Of a DNA stretch of 64,000 nt, positions 48,348-58,733 are shown one piece after another (the stretch's first letter is position 1; every line of letters begins with the position of its first letter). Origin of the DNA: an uncultured delta proteobacterium (GTDB lineage: Bacteria; Desulfobacterota; Binatia; HRBIN30; BPIQ01); assembly GCA_963761335.1 (NCBI GenBank), contig CAVXGR010000012.1, positions 672,001 to 736,000 of the forward strand, in the 5' to 3' direction. The notes beneath the pieces were generated by a model. The model was not told the origin of the DNA, did not search any database, and saw only the letters and a list, made by a program, of their open reading frames with translations. Made by a program: the position numbers and the translations under genes.

Positions 48348-49934
48348 ATGACGTTGGTTCGACCGTTCGGGGGAAGGTCAGCCGCGGGTTTCACAGGAGG
48401 GCGTGTGCCCCGGGGGCCGATCACCGGCGCGCTGCAGCGGGCGGCGCAGCACGCCTTCCTGGCGGCGCTGCTGCTCGGGCTCGCATCGAGCGCCTCGGCC
48501 CTCACCATTCACGGCGGCCCGACTTACGCGCCGCCCGGCGGCGGCAGCTGCGTGGTGAGTGGTACTCCCTGCGCCAGCGGCGGGGCGACGGTCACCTGCA
48601 GCGGACTGAACCCGAGCGCGGTGCGTTTTCTGTATTTCGGCCTGCGCAATGATCAGTCGGTCAACGGCGACACCATGACCGGCACCAGCGGACCGGCAGC
48701 CGGCTCGGGCGCCGTCTTCCGCATCTCCAGCGCCGGCGGCAGCTCGATCACCTACACGGGCACGACCAGCATCCCCGACGCGATCTCGGGGACGAGCCCG
48801 ACCGTGAGCACCCAGCTGCTCCTCTCGCTGACTAGCGGAACGGCATCCATCGTCGCCACCGGGTCCAATCCCGGCAACAACAGCAATGGCGACATCGGTG
48901 ATCTCTGGCGCGTGACCAGCTCCAGCTTCGCGGTGAACGTCAACGTGCGCGCCAGCGACAGCGCCTTCCCCACCATCGGGAACTCTTGCCCGACCGTCTT
49001 CAACCCGACGCACACGCGCAGCCCGGGAAGCCTACTGAGCCCCACAGACCAGGACGTCAGTGGCATCGACATGGGGTTCTTCTGGGAGGATCTGCCGACC
49101 GCGACACCGACCTCCACTGCCACGCGGACGCCGACGCGAACCAACACTCCCACGGCGACCGCCACTCCGACCGGCACAGCCACCGGCACGGCGACGCAGA
49201 CCAGGACGGTGACACAGACGCCGAGCATCACAATGACGGGGACGGTGACCGAGACCGCCACCGAAACCGCGACCCCGACCGAAACGGGCACGGAGACGGT
49301 CACGGAGACACCGAGCGATACCGCAACTCCGTCGGCGACGCCCACGCCCACGGCGACGGCGACCGGGCCGTGCGGCACGGGACCGCTGCCGCCGACGGCA
49401 TGCCACGTCACCGTCGAGTCGCAAAAGGCTCTCCTGCTGATCAAGGACCAGGCGCCGGACAGCAAGGACCTGCTGCGCTGGAAGTGGATCAAGGGCAATC
49501 TCACGCCGCGCCAGGACTTCGGGAATCCGGTCTCCGGCTCGACGAGCTACACGCTCTGCGTCTACGACTTCACCGCGGGCACCCCGCAGGTGCTGATCAG
49601 CACCGTGATTCCGCCCGGCGGAATCTGCCACGGAAAGCCGTGCTGGAAACAGACGGGCCTGAGCGGCTTCCGCTACAGCGACCCCAGCCTCACCCGCGGC
49701 GGAGTGAAGCGGATCGTGCTCAAGGCGGGCACCGAGCTCGGCAAGGCCAAGGTCCTTCTTCTCGCCAAGGGCGCAAACCTCGACTTCGCCGGCCTGGAGC
49801 CACTGCTGCCCCTCGCCCAGGATCCGGAGGTCACCGTGCAGCTGACCAACAGCGACGGCAAGTGCTGGACGGCGAACTACTCCGCCCCGCCGCGCGTCGG
49901 TCACACGGACCGCTTCCTCGACAAGGGAGACTGA
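48348..49934 (+). CDS. Secreted protein with Thr/Pro linker and Cys-containing C-terminal domain
   Basis: Signal ending ASSASA; TPT linker; [36 protein letters not shown]; start uncertain. Confidence 0.75.
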   Translation: MTLVRPFGGRSAAGFTGGRVPRGPITGALQRAAQHAFLAALLLGLASSASALTIHGGPTYAPPGGGSCVVSGTPCASGGATVTCSGLNPSAVRFLYFGLRNDQSVNGDTMTGTSGPAAGSGAVFRISSAGGSSITYTGTTSIPDAISGTSPTVSTQLLLSLTSGTASIVATGSNPGNNSNGDIGDLWRVTSSSFAVNVNVRASDSAFPTIGNSCPTVFNPTHTRSPGSLLSPTDQDVSGIDMGFFWEDLPTATPTSTATRTPTRTNTPTATATPTGTATGTATQTRTVTQTPSITMTGTVTETATETATPTETGTETVTETPSDTATPSATPTPTATATGPCGTGPLPPTACHVTVESQKALLLIKDQAPDSKDLLRWKWIKGNLTPRQDFGNPVSGSTSYTLCVYDFTAGTPQVLISTVIPPGGICHGKPCWKQTGLSGFRYSDPSLTRGGVKRIVLKAGTELGKAKVLLLAKGANLDFAGLEPLLPLAQDPEVTVQLTNSDGKCWTANYSAPPRVGHTDRFLDKGD

Positions 49935-50033
49935 GGCGTTGCCCGTCAGGGGCGCGGGCACGGAGCAGCCGGGAAGGGTTTGCCCGAGTTTTGAGACAGC
50001 CTCTGCGGCCCGGGGCGCCGGCCCCCGGGCCGG

Positions 50034-50083
50034 GTAGAAGCGGCGTCTCGCCGCTTCGGAAAGCGCCGGGACGGCGCTTCTAC
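50034..50083. repeat. Family B 50-bp element
   Basis: GTAGAAGCGGCGTCTCGCCGCTTCGGAAAGCGCCGGGACGGCGCTTCTAC. Confidence 0.9.
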
Positions 50084-50184
50084 CTCTTGCACCCCGGGGC
50101 GCCGAGAGGCGTGCTTCGCGTTGCGGCGGTTCATCCACTTTACTAGAGTCGCGCCCGCACTTCCGAGCCACAGGAGGAGCCCCA

Positions 50185-51888
50185 ATGCGCATGCGAACGA
50201 TCTTGGCCATTCTCACGCTGGTTCTTCCCTTCGCCGGCTGCAGCGACGAGCCCGCTTCCACGGGAACGGAGAGCTTCGTCAGCGACCAGCACATCGTCTA
50301 CGCCGACGGCCTTCACAACGAGAACACCGAGATGATTCGGCTCGGCGATCGCATCCTGCTGATCTTCCGCGGCGGCGAGATGGCGCAGACCGGATCGGCG
50401 CAGGCCCGCATCAAGGTGTTCGAGTCCACGGACGAGGGCGCGACCTTCAACCTGGTGAGCGAGGTGAATGCCCACAACCTCTCCGCGGACCGCGACATTC
50501 GCGATCCGAAGCTCGTCGAGATGGACGGCAAGCTCTTCCTCTATGCCATCAGCCGGCAACCCGGCCTCGGCTATCGCGACCTCGGCGGCGAAGCCTGGAC
50601 GGTGCGCGCCGAGTCGACCGACGGCGGTCACACCTGGACTCCGCCGGTGCGGACGTACGAGGACATCTCTCCCGGCGGCAGCGAGACCTTCTGGGGGTTC
50701 TGGCGCTATACCAGGCGCTCCTACACCGCTGCGGGCGAGAGCCGACAGACGCTCTTTGCCACCGGCTACAACGACGGTGACACCCGGGTCGGCCTGTTCG
50801 CTTCCGACGACGGCATCCGCTGGGAAAAGCGCGCCATCATCATCGATTCCTACGCCGACGTCCCGAGTGAGGCCGAGCTGCAGTTCTTCGGCGACAACCA
50901 GGAGAAGGCGGTGGCCCTGATTCGCCTCGACAACCAGGACATCCTCGCCGACGGGCAGACGGCCATCTGCACGTCGACGGAGCCGTTCACCAGCTGGGAG
51001 TGCGGGCGTCGCATCGAGCAGCGGCTCGACGGGCCGACCTGGATCGTCCGCAACGACGGCGGACAGCTGCGCAGCTTCGTCTTTGCTCGCAAGCACCTGC
51101 CCTGCACCTTCAAGCGGACCGCCGTCTACGAGCTGCGCGGCGATCTCACCGATCCGAACTCGCCGGTCGAGGTCTGCGAGATCCAGGAGGTGAAGAGCTC
51201 CGGCGACACGGCGTACACGGCCCTCGCTCCGCTCAGCGGAGACGAGTATCTGCTCTCCTGGTACAGCAGCCCGGTCGACGAGGAGCTGCCGTGGCTCGAG
51301 GGTCAGTTCAGCCCGAGCGACATCTGGCTGGCCACGGTGAGCTTCGCCGCGGCCCCCGACACCTGCGTGCCTCCCGAGCCGGATGCCCCCTGCGTGCCGG
51401 CGCCGCTGCCGGCGACCACCGAGGTCTTCGACATCAGCGGCCAGCACCTGCTGACCTTGGCCCCGGTGATCTGGCCGGCGGAGGCGCTTTACATGCGAGC
51501 CGACGTCAGCGTCCACGATCAGAGCCTCGACCTCTCCCTGCAGCCGCTCGATCCGGAGAGCAAGGCTCCGGTGGGCACGGCGTGGACGGTGACCGACGTT
51601 CCCATCGGCGCCGACGGCAGCTTCAGCGCCGATTTCGGCAGACAGCTGGTGCCGGCCGAGGCGTATCCGCTGCTCAACGATCCGTTCCTGACCGTCAACG
51701 ATTTCGTCCTCACCGGCAAGACGCTCTCCGCCGACAGCTTCTGCGGAGATGCCGGCGGTTACGGCCAGGTGCTCGGCAGCTCGCCTGCAGACCGAATCGG
51801 CCTGGACGGCTCGACCTTCGGCGCCCGGCGGATCATCGGAGACACCCTGCCGATGCCGGCCGGCTCCTGCGCCGAGCTGGGTTCCTAG
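50185..51888 (+). CDS. Lipoprotein with Asp-box (BNR) beta-propeller, sialidase-like
   Basis: AGGAGG RBS; lipobox FAGC; STDEGATF, STDGGHTW, SDDGIRW; RDP motif. Confidence 0.78.
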   Translation: MRMRTILAILTLVLPFAGCSDEPASTGTESFVSDQHIVYADGLHNENTEMIRLGDRILLIFRGGEMAQTGSAQARIKVFESTDEGATFNLVSEVNAHNLSADRDIRDPKLVEMDGKLFLYAISRQPGLGYRDLGGEAWTVRAESTDGGHTWTPPVRTYEDISPGGSETFWGFWRYTRRSYTAAGESRQTLFATGYNDGDTRVGLFASDDGIRWEKRAIIIDSYADVPSEAELQFFGDNQEKAVALIRLDNQDILADGQTAICTSTEPFTSWECGRRIEQRLDGPTWIVRNDGGQLRSFVFARKHLPCTFKRTAVYELRGDLTDPNSPVEVCEIQEVKSSGDTAYTALAPLSGDEYLLSWYSSPVDEELPWLEGQFSPSDIWLATVSFAAAPDTCVPPEPDAPCVPAPLPATTEVFDISGQHLLTLAPVIWPAEALYMRADVSVHDQSLDLSLQPLDPESKAPVGTAWTVTDVPIGADGSFSADFGRQLVPAEAYPLLNDPFLTVNDFVLTGKTLSADSFCGDAGGYGQVLGSSPADRIGLDGSTFGARRIIGDTLPMPAGSCAELGS

Positions 51889-51910
51889 CCACTCGCGACG
51901 AGGGAAAAGA

Positions 51911-51984
51911 TGGCGGCGCGTGGAATCGAACCACGGACCTAGGGATTATGAGACCCTCGCTCTAACCAACTGAGCTACGCCGCC
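51911..51984 (-). tRNA. tRNA-Met(CAT), elongator-like; CCA not encoded
   Basis: GGCGGCGTAGCTCAGTTGGTTAGAGCG-AGGGT-CTCATAA-TCCCT..GGTTCGATTCC..CGCCGCCA cloverleaf; Ile2 not fully excluded. Confidence 0.93.
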
Positions 51985-52050
51985 TCGGTCTGCCAGAGGA
52001 ACTCCGGTGAATAGAGAATGGCAGCCGGAACGTCAAGGCAGGGTTCCCTC

Positions 52051-52481
52051 GGGTAGTGGAGGATTTTGAAATGAAACGCGGTCAACTTCCATCCACCACA
52101 ACCCCGCTCTGTTGAGTTGAACCCGACTTCCCCAGGTTGCATCTGTGGCTGGGAGGGAGGAGATCATTCGCCCCGGAGGGGCGCGGGCGTGTAGCCCCGG
52201 GTCGGAGACCCGGGGATCCCGAAGTCGACGTCCGTTGGCGCCCCGCCAGGGGCGCGGGCGCGGTTTGACACAGGCATCTGCACCCCGGGGTTGCACGCCT
52301 GCGCCCCTGGCGGGGCGCATCGGGGAAGGCGGACCCGGGATCCCCGGGTCTCCGACCCGGGGCTACATGCCTGCGCCGCTCCGCGGCGCGATCCTCCAGC
52401 CCAAGTTGGGTCGTGGGGGATTTTGATTGGTAAGGCGATTTTGAAACCAAACGCGGTTGATCTCAAGATCCACCACTACTT
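52051..52481. mobile_element. MITE-like element copy 2 (inverted, ~55-60 bp longer)
   Basis: Reverse complement of 18652..19027 with an extra internal hairpin segment. Confidence 0.7.
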
Positions 52482-52533
52482 CCCCTCCGCCGGCTTCCAT
52501 CCAGGCGCCGCCGCTGCCAGACTGGTCGCGCCT

Positions 52534-53235
52534 ATGTCGTCGCTGCACGAATACCACAGGAAGCGCCGCTTCGACGTCACCGCCGAGCCCAAGGGGCGCC
52601 GCGGCGAGAGCAGGCAGGCGCGGCTCCGGTTCGTCGTGCAGAAGCATCGGGCGCGGCGACTCCACTACGACTTCCGTCTCGAGTGGGACGGCGTGTTGCT
52701 CTCCTGGGCGGTCCCTAAGGGGCCGTCTGTCGACCCTTCGGTGAAGCGCCTGGCGATGATGGTGGAGGACCATCCGCTCGAGTACGCCGGCTTCGAGGGA
52801 ATCATTCCCGAAGGAGAGTACGGCGGCGGCACGGTGATGCTGTGGGACAAGGGCACCTGGACACCGGAGTCGCCCGACGTCGGCGAGGCGCTGCGCAAGG
52901 GCTCGCTCAAGTTCGCGCTGCGCGGCAAGAAGCTGGGCGGCTCGTGGGCGCTGGTGCGCACGCACTCGCGGCAATACGACGGCGATCGCGCCTGGCTGCT
53001 GATCAAGCACGGCGACGATCACGCCGACCGCAAGCGCGACATCACCGAAGAGGAGCCGCGCTCGGTGAAATCGAAGCGCCTGTTGGCGGAGATCGCCATC
53101 GAGGAGGGCGGCGACGTCGAGAAGGCGGCCAGCGGCGATCCGGCCGACGAGATCCGCGCCCTGATCAAGGCGCTGCCCAAGAAAAAGTTGCGGCGCAAGC
53201 GCCAGCCCTCGGTGTGGCGTACGAACGGCGGATGA
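52534..53235 (+). CDS. Stand-alone LigD 3'-phosphoesterase domain protein
   Basis: FVVQKHRARRLHYDFRLE, SWAVPKGPS, VEDHPLEY, YGGGTVMLWD.G.W. Confidence 0.92.
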   Translation: MSSLHEYHRKRRFDVTAEPKGRRGESRQARLRFVVQKHRARRLHYDFRLEWDGVLLSWAVPKGPSVDPSVKRLAMMVEDHPLEYAGFEGIIPEGEYGGGTVMLWDKGTWTPESPDVGEALRKGSLKFALRGKKLGGSWALVRTHSRQYDGDRAWLLIKHGDDHADRKRDITEEEPRSVKSKRLLAEIAIEEGGDVEKAASGDPADEIRALIKALPKKKLRRKRQPSVWRTNGG

Positions 53236-53245
53236 GCGCCGGGCC

Positions 53246-53656
53246 TCAGGCGCCGCGCGGGCAGGAGGCGGCAGCCTGCTGGCAATAGTGCTCGACGAGA
53301 TCGAGCATGCGGCGCACGTCGACGGGCTTCTGCAGATACTCGGTGACGCCCAGCCGCGCGGCGCTGCTCTTGGCGTCGTAATGCCCGGAGTAGACGACCA
53401 CCGGAATATCCGCCAGCTTTGCGTCCTCCATCTGCCGGCGCCGAAACTCGAAGCCGTCCATGCGCGGCATCATCAGGTCGAGCAGAATCAGGCAGGGCTC
53501 CAGACCGTGGTGCAGGACCCGCAGGGCATCCTCCCCGTCCGCGGCGGCGGCGACGTTGTATCCGGCGAGCTCCAGCAACGCCTTCATCGCCTCCCGAATG
53601 GCGCGGTCGTCGTCGACCACAAGGACCGGGGGCTTGCCGTCCGCTTTCTCGCTCAT
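53246..53656 (-). CDS. Single-domain response regulator
   Basis: VLVVDDD, LLDLMMP.MDG, LQKPV. Confidence 0.92.
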   Translation of the reverse strand: MSEKADGKPPVLVVDDDRAIREAMKALLELAGYNVAAAADGEDALRVLHHGLEPCLILLDLMMPRMDGFEFRRRQMEDAKLADIPVVVYSGHYDAKSSAARLGVTEYLQKPVDVRRMLDLVEHYCQQAAASCPRGA

Positions 53657-53864
53657 CGCCGCCTCTACAAATCGACTATCACGATCCCTCGGGGCGGCCT
53701 AGAGGGTGTTTCGAAAGGAGAATCTCCGGCCCGGCACTGGACAGAAGCCCGGGGCGACCGCACAATGGGGCAATCATGGAAGGGCGCATGCCGGGTCGCG
53801 CAGAGATTGCGGCCGCCGCCGTGCCCCGGGTTGGGGAGGCGAGCCGCCCCAGGAGGAGGAGAAG

Positions 53865-54398
53865 ATGAGCAGCTTCACCGATCGAATGATCCGTGCCGCC
53901 CGGCTGGAACCGCAGCTCTACGAGGAGGTCGAGGCCGACCAGACGGCCATGGGGCAGGCGATGGGAGTGGTGCTGCTCTCGAGTGTCGCCGCCGGGATCG
54001 GCGCCATCAGCCACGGCGGCGCCATCGGCATCATTGCCGCAGCCTTCGGCGCCCTGATTGGCTGGTTCGTGTGGGCCCTTCTCGTCTACCTGATCGGCAC
54101 GCGTATCCTGCCGCAGCCGCAGACGCAGGCAGACGTCGGCCAGCTCCTCCGCACAACCGGCTTCTCCGCATCGCCGGGTCTGCTGCGCGTCGTCGGCTTC
54201 ATTCCGGTGATCGGATTCATTTTCGTCCTGGTGGCCGACGTCTGGATGCTGGTGGCCATGATCGTCGCCGTGCGCCAGGCACTCGACTATACGAGCACCG
54301 CACGGGCGGTCGGCGTCTGCCTGATCGGCTTCCTCGTGTACGTCGCCATCGCCGGTGTGATCCTGGCGCTGTTGGGCGTGCCGCCTACTCCGGCCTGA
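53865..54398 (+). CDS. Yip1-family membrane protein
   Basis: YEEVEAD, LLRTTGF, AVRQALDY; 5 TM; strong RBS. Confidence 0.85.
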   Translation: MSSFTDRMIRAARLEPQLYEEVEADQTAMGQAMGVVLLSSVAAGIGAISHGGAIGIIAAAFGALIGWFVWALLVYLIGTRILPQPQTQADVGQLLRTTGFSASPGLLRVVGFIPVIGFIFVLVADVWMLVAMIVAVRQALDYTSTARAVGVCLIGFLVYVAIAGVILALLGVPPTPA

Positions 54399-57300
54399 CG
54401 GCAAACAGCGCCGCCGCCAGCGCCGGCAGGTCGCCGCCGTCCACCCTGCCGTCGCCGTTGGCGTCGGCAAACGCGCAAGCGGGCTCTCCTCCGGCGGCGA
54501 TCAGCCGCAACAGCGCCGGCAGATCCGCGGCGCTCAATTCCCCGTCGCAGTTGGCGTCGCCGGCCGGGTTGCTCTGCGGCGTCGCCGTCGCCTCGGCGGT
54601 AGGCGTCTCCGTCTGCTCCGGGGTGACCGTCGGTGTCTCCGTCTCGCCCGCGGCAATCGTCTGACTGGCGGTGGGGCTCGGCGTTTCGCTCGCCGTCTCC
54701 GTTGGGCTCGCGGTCGGCGTCTCCGTCGCGGTTTCCGTGGCCGTTTCCGTCGCCGTCGGCGTTGCCGTCGGTGTCGGCGTCATCGTGAAGGTCGCCGTCT
54801 CCGTCGGCGTGCGCGTCGCCTCGACGAGCAGCGCGCCGTCTCCGACCTGCAGGCGACTGACGCCGCCGTCCGCCGTCTGCTCGGCTCCGAAACCGTCGCC
54901 GGCCGACAGCGAGATGCTGCCCTCGGGCCTCGGAAATTCTTCCGGATTGTCGGCGTCGTTGAGGATGTGCAGGGGAACGCTGCGCAGCGGCCCCTCGAGA
55001 GGCCGCAGGCGCAGGGCGAGCAGCTCACCCGAAGGCAGCGGCGGAACCGGCGGGGTACCGCCGCCCGACGGCGACAGCTCCGCCGGGGCAAAGATCACCG
55101 CGGAGACGAACTCGTCGCGCTGCTGTCCGACCCCCGGACAGAGACAGCTGTCCCGCGAGACACAGCTGGTGTTCTCGATGACGACGCGATACGGCGCCGC
55201 GCCGGGAACTTCGATCGCGGTGGTCAGGCCGTTGGGGCTCGGATCTTCGCAGCTCGCCAGCTCCAGACCCGGGATCGCCACCGAGAACGCCAGTGCGGCA
55301 ATCTCGTCGTTGCCGCCCTGGCCGCCGTCGTCCGGCCCCTGCTGGAAGACGATGGGAATGCGCGCCGGATCGTCGGCGGCGCCGCTGGCGCTGCCGACCT
55401 GGAGACTGGCGCAGCTCTCGGTGCAGGGCTCCACCTGGTCGGCTTGCCGCTCCGCAAGCCGCGCCACCACGCCGATGATGTCGGTCCCGGTGAGGCGACC
55501 GTCGCCGTCGGCATCCACCGCGAGCGACGTCGCCCTGCCCTCCGCCACGGCGTCCTCGACCGCCTCGCCGCCGGCCCCGGCCAGCAGCGCCGCGGCGACC
55601 ACCGGCAGGTCGGCCGCACTGACGACGCCGTCGGCGTTGGCATCGCCGCGATGCACGCCGAAGTCGCCGAGGTTGACGGCCAGAGAGACGTCGCCACCGC
55701 CGAAATTGGCGGCCATCAGATCGTAGCTGCCGTCGCCGTCGAAGTCGCCGGCGGCGAGGTCGACCGGATACCGCCCCGCGGCCAGACAGCCGATCTTCGG
55801 ACATTCCGTCTCCACCGGGCCGAGGATCGGCTGCGGCGGCGGCTGTCCGCGGCGAATCACGATGCTGTCGGAAAGGCTGTCGGCGACCAGGGCATCGCGG
55901 ATGCCGTCGCCGTCGATGTCGCGCATGGCGAGCGCCGCCGGGAGCTTGCCGGCAGAGAAGCGGTCGGAGAATGGCGGAAAGTCGGCAAAGCTGCGCGTGC
56001 CGGTGGCGCGGTGGACGAGGAGCCCCGCCGGGTCCGCCTGATTGGCGGTGACGATGTCGCGCTTGCCGTCGCCGCTGACATCGCTCAGCACCAGGCCGAC
56101 CGGCCGGGCCTGGGTAATGACCGACAGGGGCGGCAGCGACAGAGTGCCGTCGCCGGCGCCATAGAGAACCGAGATGGTCGGCATCTTGTCGGCGGCGACG
56201 AAGTTGCCGGCGACCACGTCGAGGTGACCGTCGCCGTCGAGGTCGGCCACGTCGAAGGAAAGAGGAAAGAATTCTCCCTGCTCACCAGTGCGCACCACGT
56301 ACCGCTCCGGCGCCTGAAAGGTGCCGTTGCCGTTGCCGCGCAGGACGGCGATGCTCTCCGCCTGCCCCTGGCTGGCGACGATGTCGGCGGCGCCGTCGCC
56401 GTCCACATCGGCGGTGCCGAGCGCAGAGACCGCGGCGCCCGCGGCGAACAGCTGCGCCGCGGCAAAGCCGCCGCGCCCGTCGCCGAGAGCGACGCCGATC
56501 TGGTCACCCTGGCCGACCAGGAGATCGGGTCGCAGATCGCCGTTCACATCGGCGAGCGCCACGGCGTCGGCAACCGCGCCCAGAGCGTACGGCCGCGAAG
56601 CGAAGCCGCCGGCGCGCCAGAGCAGCAAACCCAGCGTCGCAGCGCTGCGGCTGCTGACCACGGCATCGGGATGGCCGTCGCCGTCGACGTCGGCGATGGC
56701 CAGCGCCTTGGGGTCGGCGATCGCCGGAAAAGTCTCCTCGGCGACGAAGCCGCCCTCCGGGCGGCTGAGAAGCACTGTGTAGGTGGCGCCTTCGGAGGCG
56801 ACGAAGTTCAGCGCCACGATGTCACTCAGAGTGTCCGCATCGAAGCGCCCGGCGAGGACGGAAGGGATGCCGGCGGCGCGGAGAAAGGATCGTTGCCGCG
56901 GGAAGTGACCGCTGTCGTCGCCGTAGGCGATGGTGACGTCCTGGGAGAGGTCATTGGCGACGGCGACGTCCAGGTGACCGTCGCCGTCGAAGTCGCCGGC
57001 GGCGGTGTCGGTCGGGTAGCGGTTCGCGGGGAACGCCAGCGGCGCGGCAAAGGTGCCGTCGCCGCCACCGAGCAGCAGCGAGAACTGGTCGGTGGTGCGG
57101 TTCGCCACCACCACATCGGCAAGGCCGTCCTGGTTCCAGTCGCCGACCGTCACTCCCAGCGGCGACATGCCGGCAGCGTACTCGAGCGGGCCGTCAAAGG
57201 TGCCATTGCCGGCGTTGCGCAGGAAAGAGATGGTGCCGCTGTCGCGGTTGCCGACCACCAGGTCGAGCCGATCGTCGCCGTCGATGCGCGCCGCGACAAT

Positions 57301-57885
57301 CGACTGCGGCACGGCGCCGACCTCGTAGACGGCGTTCTCGACCGGCGTGAAGGTGCCGTCGCCGACGCCGTGGAGGATGACCACCTCGCCGCTGCCGCTG
57401 AGACCGCTGCCGAGGACGGCGAGGTCGGGAATGGCATCGCCGTCGAGGGGAGCGGCGATCACCCCGACCATGCTGCCGATCGGCGCATCGAAGACGATCG
57501 GCGCGGCAAAGCTGCGCGGGCCGGTGGCCAGGAGCACCGATATGGAACCGGAAGAGGAGTTGACCGAAACCAGGTCGAGGCGCCCTTCGGCATCGCCGTC
57601 GAGGTTGGCGACGGCGACGGCTGCCGGCAGGATGCCGGTGTCGTAATCCACCTGGCTGTCGAAGGTGCCGTCGCCGAAGCCGTAGAGGACGGCGATGGTC
57701 ATCGACTGCGCCGTCGGCACGATCACGTCGAGCGCGCCGTCGCCGTCGAGATCGACGGCCGCCTTGCCGAGGACGGGGTTGCCCCCGAAGATCTGGTCGG
57801 TGAAGGCGGTGCGGAACAGCGGCTGCGCCGAAGCGCTGGCAGCGCTCGTCGCCACCGCCAGCAGGATCCCGAAACTCCTCCACAT
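54385..57885 (-). CDS. Secreted FG-GAP/VCBS repeat protein with two dockerin-like modules, a cohesin-like domain and a TP linker
   Basis: Many DxDGDGxxD repeats; GDANADGVVSAADL..DADGDG and GDANCDGELSAADL..DANGDG. Confidence 0.85.
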   Translation of the reverse strand: MWRSFGILLAVATSAASASAQPLFRTAFTDQIFGGNPVLGKAAVDLDGDGALDVIVPTAQSMTIAVLYGFGDGTFDSQVDYDTGILPAAVAVANLDGDAEGRLDLVSVNSSSGSISVLLATGPRSFAAPIVFDAPIGSMVGVIAAPLDGDAIPDLAVLGSGLSGSGEVVILHGVGDGTFTPVENAVYEVGAVPQSIVAARIDGDDRLDLVVGNRDSGTISFLRNAGNGTFDGPLEYAAGMSPLGVTVGDWNQDGLADVVVANRTTDQFSLLLGGGDGTFAAPLAFPANRYPTDTAAGDFDGDGHLDVAVANDLSQDVTIAYGDDSGHFPRQRSFLRAAGIPSVLAGRFDADTLSDIVALNFVASEGATYTVLLSRPEGGFVAEETFPAIADPKALAIADVDGDGHPDAVVSSRSAATLGLLLWRAGGFASRPYALGAVADAVALADVNGDLRPDLLVGQGDQIGVALGDGRGGFAAAQLFAAGAAVSALGTADVDGDGAADIVASQGQAESIAVLRGNGNGTFQAPERYVVRTGEQGEFFPLSFDVADLDGDGHLDVVAGNFVAADKMPTISVLYGAGDGTLSLPPLSVITQARPVGLVLSDVSGDGKRDIVTANQADPAGLLVHRATGTRSFADFPPFSDRFSAGKLPAALAMRDIDGDGIRDALVADSLSDSIVIRRGQPPPQPILGPVETECPKIGCLAAGRYPVDLAAGDFDGDGSYDLMAANFGGGDVSLAVNLGDFGVHRGDANADGVVSAADLPVVAAALLAGAGGEAVEDAVAEGRATSLAVDADGDGRLTGTDIIGVVARLAERQADQVEPCTESCASLQVGSASGAADDPARIPIVFQQGPDDGGQGGNDEIAALAFSVAIPGLELASCEDPSPNGLTTAIEVPGAAPYRVVIENTSCVSRDSCLCPGVGQQRDEFVSAVIFAPAELSPSGGGTPPVPPLPSGELLALRLRPLEGPLRSVPLHILNDADNPEEFPRPEGSISLSAGDGFGAEQTADGGVSRLQVGDGALLVEATRTPTETATFTMTPTPTATPTATETATETATETPTASPTETASETPSPTASQTIAAGETETPTVTPEQTETPTAEATATPQSNPAGDANCDGELSAADLPALLRLIAAGGEPACAFADANGDGRVDGGDLPALAAALFAVRPE

Positions 57886-57964
57886 ATCGCTCACCTCGAT
57901 CCGGCCGCCGCCCCTTCTAGATGAAAGCGGCCGAAGACGGAAGACGCCAAGGCGTCCCCCCTCG

Positions 57965-58693
57965 TCACTGCGCGGCAGGGGGCGGCCCCAGGCGGTCGAA
58001 CTCCGCAGCCAGGCTGCGGCTGCTGACGGTGCGCTGGCCGCGGCGGACCTGGAGGAGCTGCCGCGTCGAGATCTCGAAGCAGGAGAGCTTGTTGGCGTAC
58101 ACCAGGCCGGTGTCGAGCCCGATCTTGTAGGGCAGGTCGAGGAAGATCTCCCGCTGTGGGGTGTGGCCGAAGAGCACGGTGAGCCCGAGATTGTGGGGGC
58201 TGCGAATGAACTCTTCGCGGATCCAGAGGAGCTCCTCGTCCTGCTGCCCATCGAGGGCGCGCAGCGGATTGATTCCGGCGTGGACGCAGAGGCAGTCGCC
58301 GGCGCGGTGTTGCATGCGGAGCCCGAGCAGGAAGTCGCGGTGCGGCGGCGGCAGGCGCTCGCCCACCTCGGCGCCGACGTAGCCGTCGAGGCCGTAGCTC
58401 GCCAGGGTGGCGCCGCCGCCATTGAACAGGAAGGCTTCGCCGTAATGGCCGCCGAGACCCATGAAGTCGAGGAACATGTCCTCGTGATTTCCCTTCAGAA
58501 ACACGCAGTCGGGATGCTGCGCGCCGAGATCGAGCAGGCGGTCGATCACCGCCTTGGGCGAAGGCCCGCGATCGATGTAGTCGCCGAGGAAGACCACGGT
58601 GTCGCCCTCGGCGAGCGCCAGGGCATCGAGCAGGACATCGACCTCCTCGACGCATCCGTGGATGTCGCCGATGACGAAGGTGCGCGCCGCCAT
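57965..58693 (-). CDS. Calcineurin-like metallophosphoesterase (Ser/Thr phosphatase)
   Basis: GDIHG, GDYIDRG, GNHE, HAG, FGHT. Confidence 0.93.
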   Translation of the reverse strand: MAARTFVIGDIHGCVEEVDVLLDALALAEGDTVVFLGDYIDRGPSPKAVIDRLLDLGAQHPDCVFLKGNHEDMFLDFMGLGGHYGEAFLFNGGGATLASYGLDGYVGAEVGERLPPPHRDFLLGLRMQHRAGDCLCVHAGINPLRALDGQQDEELLWIREEFIRSPHNLGLTVLFGHTPQREIFLDLPYKIGLDTGLVYANKLSCFEISTRQLLQVRRGQRTVSSRSLAAEFDRLGPPPAAQ

Positions 58694-58733
58694 CAGCAGA
58701 ATCTCCGCGCCGCCTCCGTTCCCCGGCGGGCCG

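Noticed and set aside
44504..51984. Genomic island integrated at tRNA-Met
   Set aside because: No integrase, no duplicated tRNA 3' end found by eye and no evident compositional shift
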